Shown in pieces: positions 50,859-62,854 of a stretch of DNA of 64,000 nucleotides. The number at the start of each line of letters is the position of its first letter. Within the stretch, counting starts at the first letter, position 1. Source of the DNA: Mustelus asterias (taxonomy: Eukaryota); the NCBI RefSeq assembly GCF_964213995.1, contig NC_135815.1:54932001-54996000 (forward strand), given 5' to 3'. The notes below the pieces were generated by a model. The model did not search any database, was not told where the DNA came from, and worked only from the letters and a program-made list of their open reading frames with translations. The translations under genes were made by a program, and so were the position numbers.

Positions 50859-51589
50859 CATCTACTGTTGAATTGTTTTATAACCAAAAACCTGTACAAA
50901 TAAATTGCTAGGGGCCCTCAAGGAGGGCTGTCTTGCAATGTAATGCATTGTACAGAAAATGGAAGTTTTTGGTTTCATTTATTTTTAAAATTTTTGTTGT
51001 GCACATTAGTTTTATCTTTTATTTAAAGGGACAGAAGGGAATCTGTTAATTGTGTGTGAATTTAACTTGTGCATTGGGTGTTAACTGGGCATTCACTTAT
51101 GCCCTCACTAAATAGAAATGGACTAAAACTGTGCTTGTGGGAATCAGAGGTCTATACTTGTAACTCTCTAAATAAACATAGAAATGCATAAAGACTGCCT
51201 CCAATTCTATTCTTCACCAACTGGTTTGCTGGAATAGAACACACTAGGCCACGGAAAAACACCTTCAAGATAGGCACTTATAGAATGGACAAGGGTGATT
51301 AGCTGACTTTTGAACAGAATTTTGGATGGTTTGTTTGATAAAATCTGTTTGGAATGGTTGTTCTGGGATGGCTTTATTTTGCAGCATTGTGGCTAAGAGG
51401 AAGTTGTGATGTTGATTGACAAGAGGAAAGGTAAGGTGTGTGACTTTCATCAAATGAGGTTTGGCATTGTGTTGAAGGGAACTGTGCTCAGGTGAGGCAT
51501 TGACAGACAGGCCAGCCTGTCCTTCCTCCTGCTCCTTCTCAGATACTCGCTGATTACTTGTATCCTCAATTTGGGTTCCACAATAATGT

Positions 51590-51920
51590 ATTTACTCATT
51601 CATTGGATGAAGTTAGTGGAGAGAGTGAAGCTGGTCGATGAGCTGTTGATCAAGCAGGCCGCTTTGTCCATGATGTTGTTGAGCTTTTTCGGAGTTGTTG
51701 AAGCTGCAGTCATACAGGCATCAAAACTATTCCACCACACTCCTAAATTGTGTCTTGCAGATGGTGGAAATGTTTTGAAGTGTGAGGCACTGCTGAATTT
51801 CCAACCTCCTGTTCCTGTAGGCACAGTATTTACGTGGCTAATCCACTTACGTTTGTGGTCAAATGTAACCCCCCAGGGTGTTGATGTGGATGATTTGATG
51901 ATGGTGGTGCCATTGACTAG
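51590..51920 (-). mobile_element. Old fragment of the 6405-9457 LINE family
   Basis: Similar to 6770-7090 (tcaagcaggccgctttgtcc...gtaacccccaggg). Confidence 0.6.
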
Positions 51921-52216
51921 CTACACATTTAACAAATGTGAGCTCTTCATCTTTGGGGTGGCTGCCAGATTATGCAAAAGTGACCCAATAATGGTATGCA
52001 TGTAACTTATGATTCCCTGCACATGGAGAATCCTGTAGCGATTGTAAAACTAAAAGCCCATGCATACTGCCTCCTATTGTCACTAGTGCAGTTCCTGAAA
52101 TGGCGAGCCTTTTTGAAGGTAAGCTACAGGGTGCAGATGCATGCAGTTGACTGACTGATGTGACATGTCACTTGCTGCAGTCTGAAATGACCCAGTCGCA
52201 AAATAATTTGGAGCCA

Positions 52217-53998
52217 TCATGAATTTGATGACCAGAGGCAAGGCATCAACATACTATTGGCTTCTTTTATAAGGTGATCATTATTGTCTGCATGAAGTCC
52301 TTTGGCCATTCTCCTGATAACTAAATACCTTTCCACAGCACAGTAAACATTGATGTTAAGTTCTTTTGCATGTTTTTAATCAATTCTGCAGGTATTTCAT
52401 CTATTTCAGCCACTCTTTCAGTTTTTATCTAATTTATTGCTGCTCGTATCTCATTCGCTGGTATTTCTGGTCCAATGTAATCAACGTCAACATTACTCTC
52501 TTCTTCTACTGCAATCATTTCAGGATTTTCACTTTTTGCCTGTAGTTCTTCAATGTGCTTCTTTTCATCAGAGCCTGTTAATAAAACACCTTCCATACTC
52601 AATATTGCTGTTGTTTTCAGTCCTCTATGCTGAGTGCCACTAATCATCTTTGCGTTTGCATACATCAGTTCCAATCTTCCTAGCTGATCCAATTCTTTTG
52701 AGTATTTCACACTGCTCTTTTAACCTAATTCTGTTTCTCTCCTTAACTCATTATTCAAGTGTCCGTATTGCAGCTTTCCTTCTTCAGTATTGATATTCTC
52801 TCATTTTCTCTTTTCTTCCACCTTTTGCAACATTGCAGTCATTACCCATGGTTTCTTGGTCCTTTATCCTCTTTAGAAGCCAATGAAATTTGCCCCTCCT
52901 TCTTTGACAGATCCTTTCATCTGTTCCCATTGCTTATTCGCATTGGTGATATCTTTATCTTTTCCAGCTAGTGCTGCCTTTACTTTATTTACAAATTTGT
53001 CATTTACTACTTTCAGCCATTCTAGGTTCCACTGTTTCCTACATCTTCCACTTCTTACTGCATCCATTTTAACATTCTGCCTCAGCTTCCGGCTGAGATT
53101 TCAAGTTCTTAAGACTATTCCTATATCTCTCTCTCACTACTATATAGTCCAATCAATGGACGCAATTTTACCGGCCGTTCACACCGCACTCCCACTGCAG
53201 CGAGCTTGGAGATTTTGGCGCCCAGCCAGATCTCCATTCACTGCGGTGGGATGGGAAAATTCCAGCGGCGTGAACACTGGTAACTTTCCGGCAGATATCT
53301 CCCTGTATCACTAAGCATTGTGCACGTTTATTATCCTTGTTTATGATGCCTGAATCGCATGGTTGATATCATGAGTCTTGTTCTTCTTCAAAAATAGAAG
53401 AAAAATTGGCTTTGTTTATCTTCCCAACAACATTTGTTCCACCTTCTTTGTCATCTCTTCCTTCTCCCATGACAATCACACAGCTCTTGCCTCTCTTTAA
53501 TTTGATCAGGTTTTTCAATTCTATCATACCAACCTCTTTGTCTGGATGTTTGCTTGTGGGCATGTAGACTTGATTGATGCTGGTTGCCCCTCCACTGGTT
53601 GCCCCTTAACTTCCACAAGCATTAATATATCTGAATGGCATTTCACTTCACTTGCACATTTGGCAGCTTCCTTGTCCAGCCCTACAGGTAATCCCACATT
53701 CCTTTTCTTCTCCTCTAGAGCAGGCTACTCTCACTCGATCACTCATGAAGTCGCCTTGTCCTGTCCACTGTTCTTCACATAAGCCCAGGACGTTTAATTT
53801 CTCCTTTTCCATGTTTTGCATTAGGTTCTCTACCTTACCTTTCCTGTTCATTGTTTGAATATTCCACATTCCTATTTTCTCCAAATTGCCAAGATTGTTG
53901 ACATGAAGATTTCGCTGAACAGCATTCTGGGAGGCCTTACTCAAGCACACATCACCTGTCCTTTGACAAGGGCTCCCGTCTACACTGTTGGTGCTGAT
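52217..53998 (-). mobile_element. RTE-clade LINE, 5' half (APE to start of RT), inverted
   Basis: KIGMWNIQTM..GKVENL, LNVLGLCE..WTGQG, YMPTS, GPEI..NEIRAAI, G.DEIPAEL, GEWPKDF. Confidence 0.82.
53157..53293. mobile_element. Harbinger-type MITE
   Basis: Imperfect inverted ends aattttaccggccgttcacaccgc ... gcggcgtgaacactggtaacttt. Confidence 0.6.
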
Positions 53999-53999
53999 T

Positions 54000-56406
54000 T
54001 GGGGAGGAATTTGTCAAATGCGTACAGGAGGGTTCTTTGGAACAATATGTAGATAGCCCGACTAGAGAGGGGGCTGTACTGGACCTAGTACTGGGGAATG
54101 AGCCCGGTCAGGTCTTCAAAGTTTCGGTAGGGGAACATGTGGCAAATAGTGACCACAATTCTGTTAGCTTTAGGATAGTGATGGAAAAGGATGAGTGGTG
54201 TCCCAAGGGTAAGGTGTTGGATTGGGGGAAGGCTAACTTTAGTGGGATTAGGCAGAAATTGGCAGCTGTTGATTGGGAGAGGCTGTTTGAGGGTAAATCC
54301 ACATCTGGCATGTGGGAGTCTTTTAAGGAACAGTTGTTAGGGCTACAGGACAGGCATGTGCCTGTAAAAAAGAAGGATAGGAAGGGTAGGATTCGAGAAC
54401 CGTGGATAACCAGGGAAATTGAAGGACTGGTCAAAAAGAAAAGAGAGGCGTATGTTAGGTCCAGGCAGCTAAAAACGGAGGGAGCTCTGGAGGAGTACAA
54501 AGAAAGTAGGAAAGAACTCAAACGGGGAATTAGAAGGGCAAAAAGGGGTCACGAAATGTCCTTGGCAGACAGGATTAAGGAGAATCCCAAGGCATTTTAT
54601 TCATACGTTAGGAACAAAAGGGTTGTCAGGGAAAAAATCGGACCTCTCAGGGACAAAAGTGGGGAATTATGCTTGGAGCCCAAAGAAGTAGGGGAGATCC
54701 TAAATGAATACTTTGCGTCGGTATTCACAAAGGAGAGGGATGTGTTGACTGGGAGTGTCTCGGAGGGGAGTGTTGAACCGTTGGAGAAAATCTCCATTAC
54801 AAGGGAGGAAGTGTTAGGTTTGTTAGAGAATATAAAGACTGACAAATCCCCAGGGCCTGATGGAATCTATCCAAGGCTGCTCAGGGAGACGAGAGATGAA
54901 ATCGCTGGGCCTTTGACGCAAATCTTTGTCTCATCACTGGACGCAGGTGAGGTCCCAGAGGATTGGAGGATAGCTAATGTGGTCCCGTTATTTAAGAAGG
55001 GTAGAAAGGATAACCCGGGTAATTATAGGCCGGTGAGCTTGACGTCCGTGGTGGGGAAGTTGTTGGAGAAGATTCTTAGAGATAGGATGTATGCGCATTT
55101 AGAAAGGAATAAACTCATTAACGATAGTCAGCATGGTTTTGTGAGAGGGAGGTCATGCCTCACTAATCTGGTGGAGTTTTTTGAAGAAGTGACCAGAATG
55201 GTTGACGAGGGAAGGGCCGTGGATATTGTCTATATGGACTTTAGTAAAGCGTTTGACAAAGTCCCTCATGGTAGGCTGGTGAAAAAGGTTGGATCTCATG
55301 GGATAAAGGGGGAGGTGGCGAAATGGGTGGAGAACTGGCTTGGTCACAGAAGACAAAGGGTGGTAGTGGAAGGGTCTTTTTCCGGCTGGAGGCCTGTGAC
55401 TAGTGGTGTTCCGCAGGGTTCTGCTTTGGGACCTCTGCTGTTTGTGATTTATATAAACGATCTGGAAGAAGGTGTAACTGGGGTGATCAGTAAGTTTGCG
55501 GACGACACAAAATTGGCAGGACTTGCAGATAGTGAGGAACATTGTCAGAAGCTACAGAAGGATATAGATAGGCTGGAAATTTGGGCAAAGAAATGGCAGA
55601 TGGAGTTCAATCCTGATAAATGCGAAGTGATGCATTTTGGTAGAAATAATGTAGGGAGGAGCTATACGATAAATGGCAGAACCATAAAGGGTGTAGATAC
55701 GCAGAGGGACCTGGGCGTGCAAGTCCACAGATCCTTGAAGGTGACGTCACAGGTGGAGAAGGTGGTGAAGAAGGCATATGGCATGCTTGCCTTTATAGGA
55801 CGGGGCATAGAGTATAAAAGTTGGGGTATGATGTTGCAGATGTATAGAACGTTGGTTCGGCCGCATTTGGAATACTGCGTCCAGTTCTGGTCGCCACACT
55901 ACCAGAAGGACGTGGAGGCTTTGGAGAGAGTACAGAAGAGGTTTACCAGGATGTTGCCTGGTATGGAGGGGCTTAGTTATGAGGAGAGATTGGGTAAACT
56001 GGGGTTGTTCTCCCTGGAAAGATGGAGGATGAGGGGAGACTTAATAGAGGTGTATCAAATTATGAAAGGCATAGATAGGGTGAACAGTGGGAAGCTTTTC
56101 CCCAGGTCGGTGGTGACGTTCACGAGGGGTCATAGGTTCAAGGTGAAGGCGGGGAGGTTTAACACAGATATCAGAAGGACATATTTTACACAGAGGGTGG
56201 TGGGAGCCTGGAATGCACTGCTGGGCAAGGTGGTGGAGGCGGACACACTGTGAACGTTTAAGACTTATCTAGACAGCCATATGAACTGAGTGGGAATGGA
56301 GGGATACAAAAGAATGGTCTAGTTTGGACCAGGGAGCGGCACGGGCTTGGAGGGCCGAAGGGCCTGTTCCTGTGCTGTATTGTTCTTTGTTCTTTGTTCT
56401 TTGTTC
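54000..56406 (+). mobile_element. Young 5'-truncated CR1 LINE
   Basis: 738-aa open frame; tail (tgttctt)n. Confidence 0.96.
54037..56253 (+). CDS. CR1 ORF2 (APE C-terminus, RT, C-terminal domain); truncated at the N-terminus, slightly premature stop
   Basis: PTREGAVLDL, SDH, KSPGPDG, YMDFSKAFD, GVPQG, FADD, RPHLEYCVQFWSP. The TGA at 56251 is upstream of the stop used in paralogues. Confidence 0.85.
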   Translation: MEQYVDSPTREGAVLDLVLGNEPGQVFKVSVGEHVANSDHNSVSFRIVMEKDEWCPKGKVLDWGKANFSGIRQKLAAVDWERLFEGKSTSGMWESFKEQLLGLQDRHVPVKKKDRKGRIREPWITREIEGLVKKKREAYVRSRQLKTEGALEEYKESRKELKRGIRRAKRGHEMSLADRIKENPKAFYSYVRNKRVVREKIGPLRDKSGELCLEPKEVGEILNEYFASVFTKERDVLTGSVSEGSVEPLEKISITREEVLGLLENIKTDKSPGPDGIYPRLLRETRDEIAGPLTQIFVSSLDAGEVPEDWRIANVVPLFKKGRKDNPGNYRPVSLTSVVGKLLEKILRDRMYAHLERNKLINDSQHGFVRGRSCLTNLVEFFEEVTRMVDEGRAVDIVYMDFSKAFDKVPHGRLVKKVGSHGIKGEVAKWVENWLGHRRQRVVVEGSFSGWRPVTSGVPQGSALGPLLFVIYINDLEEGVTGVISKFADDTKLAGLADSEEHCQKLQKDIDRLEIWAKKWQMEFNPDKCEVMHFGRNNVGRSYTINGRTIKGVDTQRDLGVQVHRSLKVTSQVEKVVKKAYGMLAFIGRGIEYKSWGMMLQMYRTLVRPHLEYCVQFWSPHYQKDVEALERVQKRFTRMLPGMEGLSYEERLGKLGLFSLERWRMRGDLIEVYQIMKGIDRVNSGKLFPRSVVTFTRGHRFKVKAGRFNTDIRRTYFTQRVVGAWNALLGKVVEADTL

Positions 56407-56724
56407 TCCTGATGCCACCATTAGCGGTTCTCTGATTTTCAATTCGTTTGATAATCCATGCATGGAAGGTTGTGTTGAGAACTGTAACAAAGGGGGTGAG
56501 TGGAGAGGAAGATGCAGAATTACATTGGAGATGACCAGTCTGGATTCCAGGGAGGAAGAGTGTCAAGAGCAGCAATCGACATGAGAAGATTAATGAGGAA
56601 ATGCATTCAGAATTTGTACAGGAATTACATTTGTTTTATAGATTTTTGAAGAGGTGTTTGTTCGAGTTGTGTGGATTAAGCATGCGACAGTGCTGAAAGA
56701 CATTGGCGCAAGCTGGAGAGATTG

Positions 56725-57034
56725 ATAGAATCCTACAGTGCAGAAGGAGGCCATTCGGCCCATCAAGTCTGCACTGGCCACAATCCCACCCAGGCCCTAT
56801 CCCCATGCATTTACCCTAGCTAGTCCCATTGACACTAAGGGACAATTTAGCATGGTCAATACACCTAACCCGCATCTTTGGACTGTGGGAGGAAACTGGA
56901 GCAACTGGAGAAAACTCATACAGACACGGGGAGAATGTGCAAACTCCGCACAGACAGTCACCCAAGCCAGGAATCGAACACGGGTCCCTGACGCAGTGAG
57001 GCAGTAAGGCTAACCACTGTGCCACCATGCCACC
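56725..57034 (-). mobile_element. HE1-type V-SINE
   Basis: Reverse-complement match to the other copies. Confidence 0.9.
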
Positions 57035-57211
57035 CGCTGATGATGACTCCTACAAATCTATACATGGAACAAACAGCAAGAGTGAAAGTAGCCAATAGGG
57101 AGTTAAAACTATTTGCATTTGGAGGAGGAGTTCAACGAAGGCATTGTTTGTCACCAATCCTCTTAAATATCGATGCAGAATCAATGGTCAAAGAAGCATT
57201 TGAAGACATAT

Positions 57212-57347
57212 GGGCTGAAATCCTCCTGTTTTGCCCACCACGGGAATCATAGAGGGTGAGACAGAAAATTTGGCGGAATTCAAAGCTCCATTGAGCTCGG
57301 GTGGAAATTCCTGGTCTTGGGGCGCGCACGGCCGGAGAATCCCACCC
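57212..57347. mobile_element. Harbinger-type MITE
   Basis: gggctgaaatcctcc ... ggagaatcccaccc; homologous to 57979-58105. Confidence 0.65.
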
Positions 57348-57978
57348 ATAGTACCTGGCTTAAGATTTGGAGTGAAGGATTTGCAGATGACAAGGCACTT
57401 GCAGCAAGCACAGAAGAAGGATTACAAGAGCAAATAATTACAACAGCAGTAATAAACTTTGGAATGAAAGTGAACATTGGGAAAACCAAAGTGATGCATT
57501 ACTAAGAATCACCTAGAAATATTGATAAAAGGAAAAGAACCCGAACAGGTGCAAGAAGAAGCATAATATCTGCAGATAGAATGAAGTAGGAGCAAGGATA
57601 GCAATGGGAAAGGCTGTATTTGATAAGAAGAGACAACTCCTGACCAGAATGCTGAATAAACAACTCAAGAGGCAACTTGCAAAGACTTTGACTTGGAACA
57701 TTGGCCCATAACTTCAGGGATCCAAGAAATCTTAACTGAGGGGTACCTCAATGATGCACTGGGCGCCATCCCCTGGAAGTCTCAATGTAAGGATTGCCTG
57801 GCAATTAGCCAGGAAGTTCAAACTCCTGTTGGCCAATTGCCCTGCAATTAGAACCAGCCGAAAGCACAATTTAGGAAAAGAACAAAGAAAATGGCAGCAC
57901 AGGAACAAGCCCTTTGGCCCTCCAGGCCTGCACCAAGAAAATCGCAAATTTCAGAAGCTTCCACATGTCTTACACTAT

Positions 57979-58105
57979 GGGCGGAATTTTCACGTCCCGC
58001 CCACCATGGGAATCGCAGTGGGCGGGACGCGGACCATGCAAAGGTCTGCTGACCTCGAGTGGGATTTTCCAGCCTTGGGGCGAGCATGGCCGGAAAATCC
58101 CACCC
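57979..58105. mobile_element. Harbinger-type MITE
   Basis: gggcggaattttc ... gaaaatcccaccc, flanked by tat/taa. Confidence 0.68.
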
Positions 58106-58756
58106 TAAGAATTCCCTGGAAAAGTTCAAAAAATTAAAACCACTTCTAAGTCTTGGATAAGTATAGCACTGACAGAACGCCCGATCAACCTCCACTGCGG
58201 ACTGACCGCCCCACTGACCACCTGACCTTCTTAGAGACTATGGAGGGAAGATTTCAAGGGAAAAGAGGAAGAGGAGGGAAGAGAATATCAATGGTGATGG
58301 TTTGAAAATTTTGAGAAGTTATTGGCGAATGAAAAGACTGGCACAGGTGAAGGATATTCCTAGCAGATCGCTTCAGAGGTTTACCCTGGATATCAATACT
58401 CCAAAATTTAAGACTTCGCCCAAAACAACTGCACTTTATTATTTGATTTCTCTTACAGATAGTTCAATAATACTTACACTAGTGACTATTCAACTCTTGC
58501 TTTAGTTGTTTGTTTTCCCCAAGAAACAGACAGGATCGGTTGGTCAGTCTGTCCTTGGCCTTTGTCTGTTCAGATATCTAACCAGGCTATCTACCTCCCC
58601 TTGTCCAGCTGCAGTGATGGCCTCGGGTTTAATAAACGCCATGCTTAAATAGATCGCTGCTTCCCGCCCTGCCATAGACACACTTTATGACTGGCTCGTT
58701 CCATTGATAAAAACAGTCCATGATTGGCTCATGTTCATCCCTGGCCATCCAGCCAG

Positions 58757-58856
58757 TAAGAAGTTTAACAACACCAGGTTAAAAGGTTGGACTTTAACCT
58801 GGTGTTGTTAAACTTCTTACTGTGTTTACCCCAGTCCAACGCCGGCATCTCCACAT
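58757..58856. mobile_element. ~100-bp palindromic Penelope terminal fragment
   Basis: taagaagtttaacaacaccaggttaaa / tttaacctggtgttgttaaacttctta; TSD catccagccag (58746-56 / 58857-67). Confidence 0.82.
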
Positions 58857-58895
58857 CATCCAGCCAGAGCAGGAAGTTTGGCCGATCTCCTCTTA

Positions 58896-60048
58896 GATCT
58901 CAACCCTGGAACACCTAGATAACAAGGACACCTATGTCAGACTCCTATTTATTGACTACAGCTCAGCCTTCAACACCATTATTCCCACAAAACTCATCTC
59001 CAAACTCCGTGACCTGGGCCTCAGCACCTCCCTCTGTGACTGGATCCTGAACTTCCTAACTCACAGACCACAATCAGTAGGGATAGGCAACAACACCTCC
59101 TCCACGATCATCCTCACAAGGCTGTGTTCTCAGCCCCATAGTATGCTCCTTATACACCTATGACTGTGTGGCCAAATTCCCCTCCAATTCGATTTTCAGG
59201 TTTGCTGACGACACCACCGTAGTGAGTCAGATCTCAAATAATGCCGAGACAGAGTACAGGAATGAGATAGAGAATCTGGTGAACTGGTGCAATAATCTCT
59301 CCCTCAATGTCAACAAAACGAAGGAGATTGTCATTGACTTCAGGAAGTGTAAAGGAGAACATGCCCCTGTATCAATGGGGATGAAGTTGAAAGGGTCGAG
59401 AGCTTCATGTTTTTAGGTGTCCAGATCACTAACAACCTGTCCTGGTCCCCCCATGCGGACACTATAGTTAAGAAAGCCCACCAACGCCTCTACTTTCTCA
59501 GAAGACTAAGGAAATTTGGCATGTCAGCTACGACTCTCACCAACTTTTACAGATGCACCATAGAAAGCATCCTTTTTGGTTGTATCACAGCTTGGTATGG
59601 CTCCTGCTCTGCTCAAGACCGCAAGGAACGACAAAAGGTCGTGAATGCAGCCCAATCCATCACGCAAACCAGCCTCCCATCCATTGACTCTGTCTACACT
59701 TCCCACTGCCTCGGCAAAGCAGCCAGAATAATTAAAGACCCAATGCACCCCGGGCATTCTTTCTTCCACCTTCTTCCTTCGGGAAAAAAGATACAAAAGT
59801 CTGAAGTCACGTACCAATCGACTCAAGAACAGCTTCTTCCCTGCTGCTGTCAGACTTTTGAATGGACTTACCTTGCATTAAGTTGATCTTTCTGTACACC
59901 CTAGCTATGATTATAACACTACATTCTGCACTCTCTCATTTCCTTCTCTATGAACAGTATCTTTTGTCTGTAAAGCGCGCAATAAACAATAATTTTCACT
60001 GTATGTTAATACATGTGACAATAATAAATCAAATCAAATCAAATCAAA
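58896..60048 (+). mobile_element. Rex1/Babar LINE, 5'-truncated
   Basis: [47 protein letters not shown]; (aaatc)n tail. Confidence 0.93.
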
Positions 60049-60843
60049 AATATGCTGCTTCAGCACCTGTCCCTCGTTCCATCAAGCAACCATTAAATGA
60101 AGGTGCGTACTAACTGCTGAATTTCTACTTACTGAATAATATTCTAAACTAACAGCAATCATCAGTAGCATCACATTAGGACATTAGCTTTTAAATTTAT
60201 TTTGAGTTTTATACAAACAACTTTATGCAGATATTTGTAATCAAAAAGGTCACAAACTGGCAAAAAAACAATTGCTGTCTGGCCTTTAACCAGTCACCCT
60301 CTGTCAACTCACCTGCAGAAGTTAGCCTATGTTAGCCTTATAAATAATATGAAATACTCTTTGTAAGCCTAGCTTTTCCCTGTACCCAAATAAAGCTTCC
60401 ACAGTGTAAATGACCCTTCTATTATAATCAAAATGCAGCAACTCCTCACACAGGATGAAGAGACATGGAGAATATTATAAGCCAAGGACCTGCCCTTAGG
60501 CGGAGTACATGTGATGATGAAGATGGAAAGTGTGGCTTCCTCGCACTGCGGGCTCAATGCCGGACTCCAGCAGATGACACAACACTTGAGATTGAACTGG
60601 AGATTTTTATCACATGAGCTGGGATTTTGTCAGGCTGGCGAAGGTCTGTTTCGCTAGTCGGAAATCAACATGGAAATCCCATGAGTTCCATGGTGGAGGT
60701 CTTTGCAATCAAGTATTTAGGCGATCATTGGCAGTCCTTTCCCATGATTGAGGTCCATGGTGACCAATGTCCCGCCAACAGAGGCCGCCAGTTCCTCATG
60801 CCACCAGCAACAACAGAAGCAGTGGCTGCCGGTGGCTCTTCAA

Positions 60844-61050
60844 TGGTAGTCATGATGTGGAGATGCCAGAGTTGGACTGGGGTGAACACAGTAAGAGTTT
60901 TAACAACACCAAGTTAAAGTCCAACAGGTTTATTTGGTAGCAAATACCATTAGCTTTCGGAGCGCTGCTCCTTCGTCGACGAAAGCTAATGGTATTTGCT
61001 ACCAAATAAACCTGTTGGACTTTAACCTGGTGTTGTTAAAACTCTTACTG
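60844..61050. mobile_element. ~207-bp palindromic Penelope terminal fragment
   Basis: ~70-bp inverted arms (60889-60958 / 60980-61050); TSD ggctcttcaa (60834-43 / 61051-60); matches the pLTR at 37974-38060. Confidence 0.85.
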
Positions 61051-61824
61051 GGCTCTTCAACCACCAGGATTTCAAGCCCATTGTAGGACCCCAGGCCAGA
61101 GGTGAGTGAGGGTGGGATGAGGGTAGTGGTTTAGGGGTCATTGGAGAGGGAGGGGAGGATGGTCAGAGGAAAGCACACCCTGCCTAATAGCCGGGTCTCT
61201 CGATTGATCTGATTACAAAGCTCCTCTACTCCCAGAGGCCCCCAGCAAACTCACCGGAATTTGCTGGGTGACCTTCCAAGGGGACAGGAAAGTTGTGAGG
61301 CTCCCGGTTCATCCCTGAGCTACCACTAAATTGCAGTGAGCTCAGCGATTACGGGTGTCAATTGGCTCATTAAAGAGCCTAATTGACATCCCACCACTGA
61401 CAGCCAGAAATCCCCATAAGTCCCTCCACCCTCCCACTTAATCGGGTTTCACCATTGCTGGGAAACTGGCACGGGGCCTCTCCCATGGTTAAGTGGCCCA
61501 AATGCCATGTTCTGTGCCACAATGTGCAGCATTAAACCCAGCCTATTTTTCCTCAGTGAAATTGAGATACGTTACATGGTTTCTGCATACCCTATTACAT
61601 GGATTTCAAAACCGTCCCTCACATTCTCGCAGCAGCTTTCTGTGCACCTTGCTGCTCTCTGACCTGTCGTCCAGGTTCATACAACTCCACCACCACCCAG
61701 ATAAGATTTGCCAAAACTACGTCCAGCTCAAGAGAGCTAAATGTTCACAAACACATAAGAAAAGTCTCCCCTCTGAAACTTGCTTCTCTGCGACAGTCAG
61801 TGCTTACTTACACACTTCCGCAGC

Positions 61825-62119
61825 TTGGTGGCACAGTGGTCAGCACTGCTGCCTCACAGCACCATGGACCTGGGTTCAATTCCTGGCTTGGGTCACTCTC
61901 TGCGCAGAATCTGCACATTCTCCCCATGTCTGCATGGGTTTCCTCCGGTGCTCTGTTTCCTCCCACAGTCTGAAAGACGCGCTGGTTAGGTGAATTGGCC
62001 ATGCTAAATTCTCTCTCAATGTACCCGAACAGGTGCCAGACTGCGGCGACGAGGGGATTTTCACAGTAACTTCATTGCAACGTTAATGTAAACCTACCTG
62101 TGACACTAATAAATAAACT
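61825..62119 (+). mobile_element. V-SINE variant with a non-CR1 tail
   Basis: Same organisation as 9944-10248. Confidence 0.88.
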
Positions 62120-62854
62120 CCTCAGTGATGCAGCCAATCTTCAGATTGTCCCGGTTTATTTCCTCTACTGTCCACTTTCCTGAGTGGGCTCTTCGTTGAG
62201 CAAGTGCTCTCATTTTTCCACGAACAGGGTCCTATCTGCATGATAAAACTCCTATTTAAATAGCTAAATTCTGTTAAGTCATTTGATGTAGGCAGCACCT
62301 AATCACGAGGATCCTTTTGACATTTAAATTGGCCGTGGAGTCAAAGGAGACATGATCAAAACGATAAATGAGGCACTACCATTCCTGACATCTGAATGCT
62401 CCACCAATGCCGTGAAGGCTGTGAAATTCAATGCCAATTTATTTTGGATTCAAATGTAGTTTTTCATAGAAATAAAAAAGCAACACGCGCTATTCAAACT
62501 TATTACCGCCTTTATGCTGCAAATGCCTTCAGTCAGTTGCTTCAATAATATTTTAATTCCTCAATTTCTTAATTTATATTCTGCTGGCTTTCAGACCGAG
62601 CAATTATTCTGTTGTATACATAATTTAAAAGGGACTGAATCATTGGCTTTTGAGGATATAGTCTCTGCATCAGAACTGGCTACTTCTGCAGCGCTTTCTG
62701 CACCGTCAGATCACATATAATAGTCCGTGTGCACAACACTATTAATACTTGGATATTTCCCTTTGACATTTTCATCATAAAATTAGCCTCACTTCAGAAT
62801 CAGCAAAGTTGGTGCAAGCTTCCGAATGAGGGAAATACAAGTTGCAGAAGATCT

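Larger units (their letters stand above)
46187..51241 (+). mobile_element. Decayed, internally deleted Ty1/copia-like LTR element with nested SINE and CR1s
   Basis: Related LTRs at 46187-~46780 and 51044-51241. PBS-like tggcagcag; gag-like YDQ.KNEVDMWTQV..LPKRKQGM; protease AVLDSACTSTV (~48540); RNase H-end-like remnant before PPT aaagggacagaagggaa. Flanks cacaa/cacta. Confidence 0.65.
56445..58430 (+). mobile_element. RTE-clade LINE, 3' half (RT to 3' end), decayed with nested inserts
   Basis: HAWKVVLR..IGDDQSGF, CFIDF, GVQRRHCLSPILLN, GFADDKAL, FGMKVNIGKTKVM, EGRFQGKRGRG. Confidence 0.8.

Noticed and set aside
61493-61993. ORF starting MAQMPCSVPQC, superficially THAP-like
   Set aside because: It lacks the remaining THAP residues (conserved FP, W, C..HF, AVP) and runs into a SINE.
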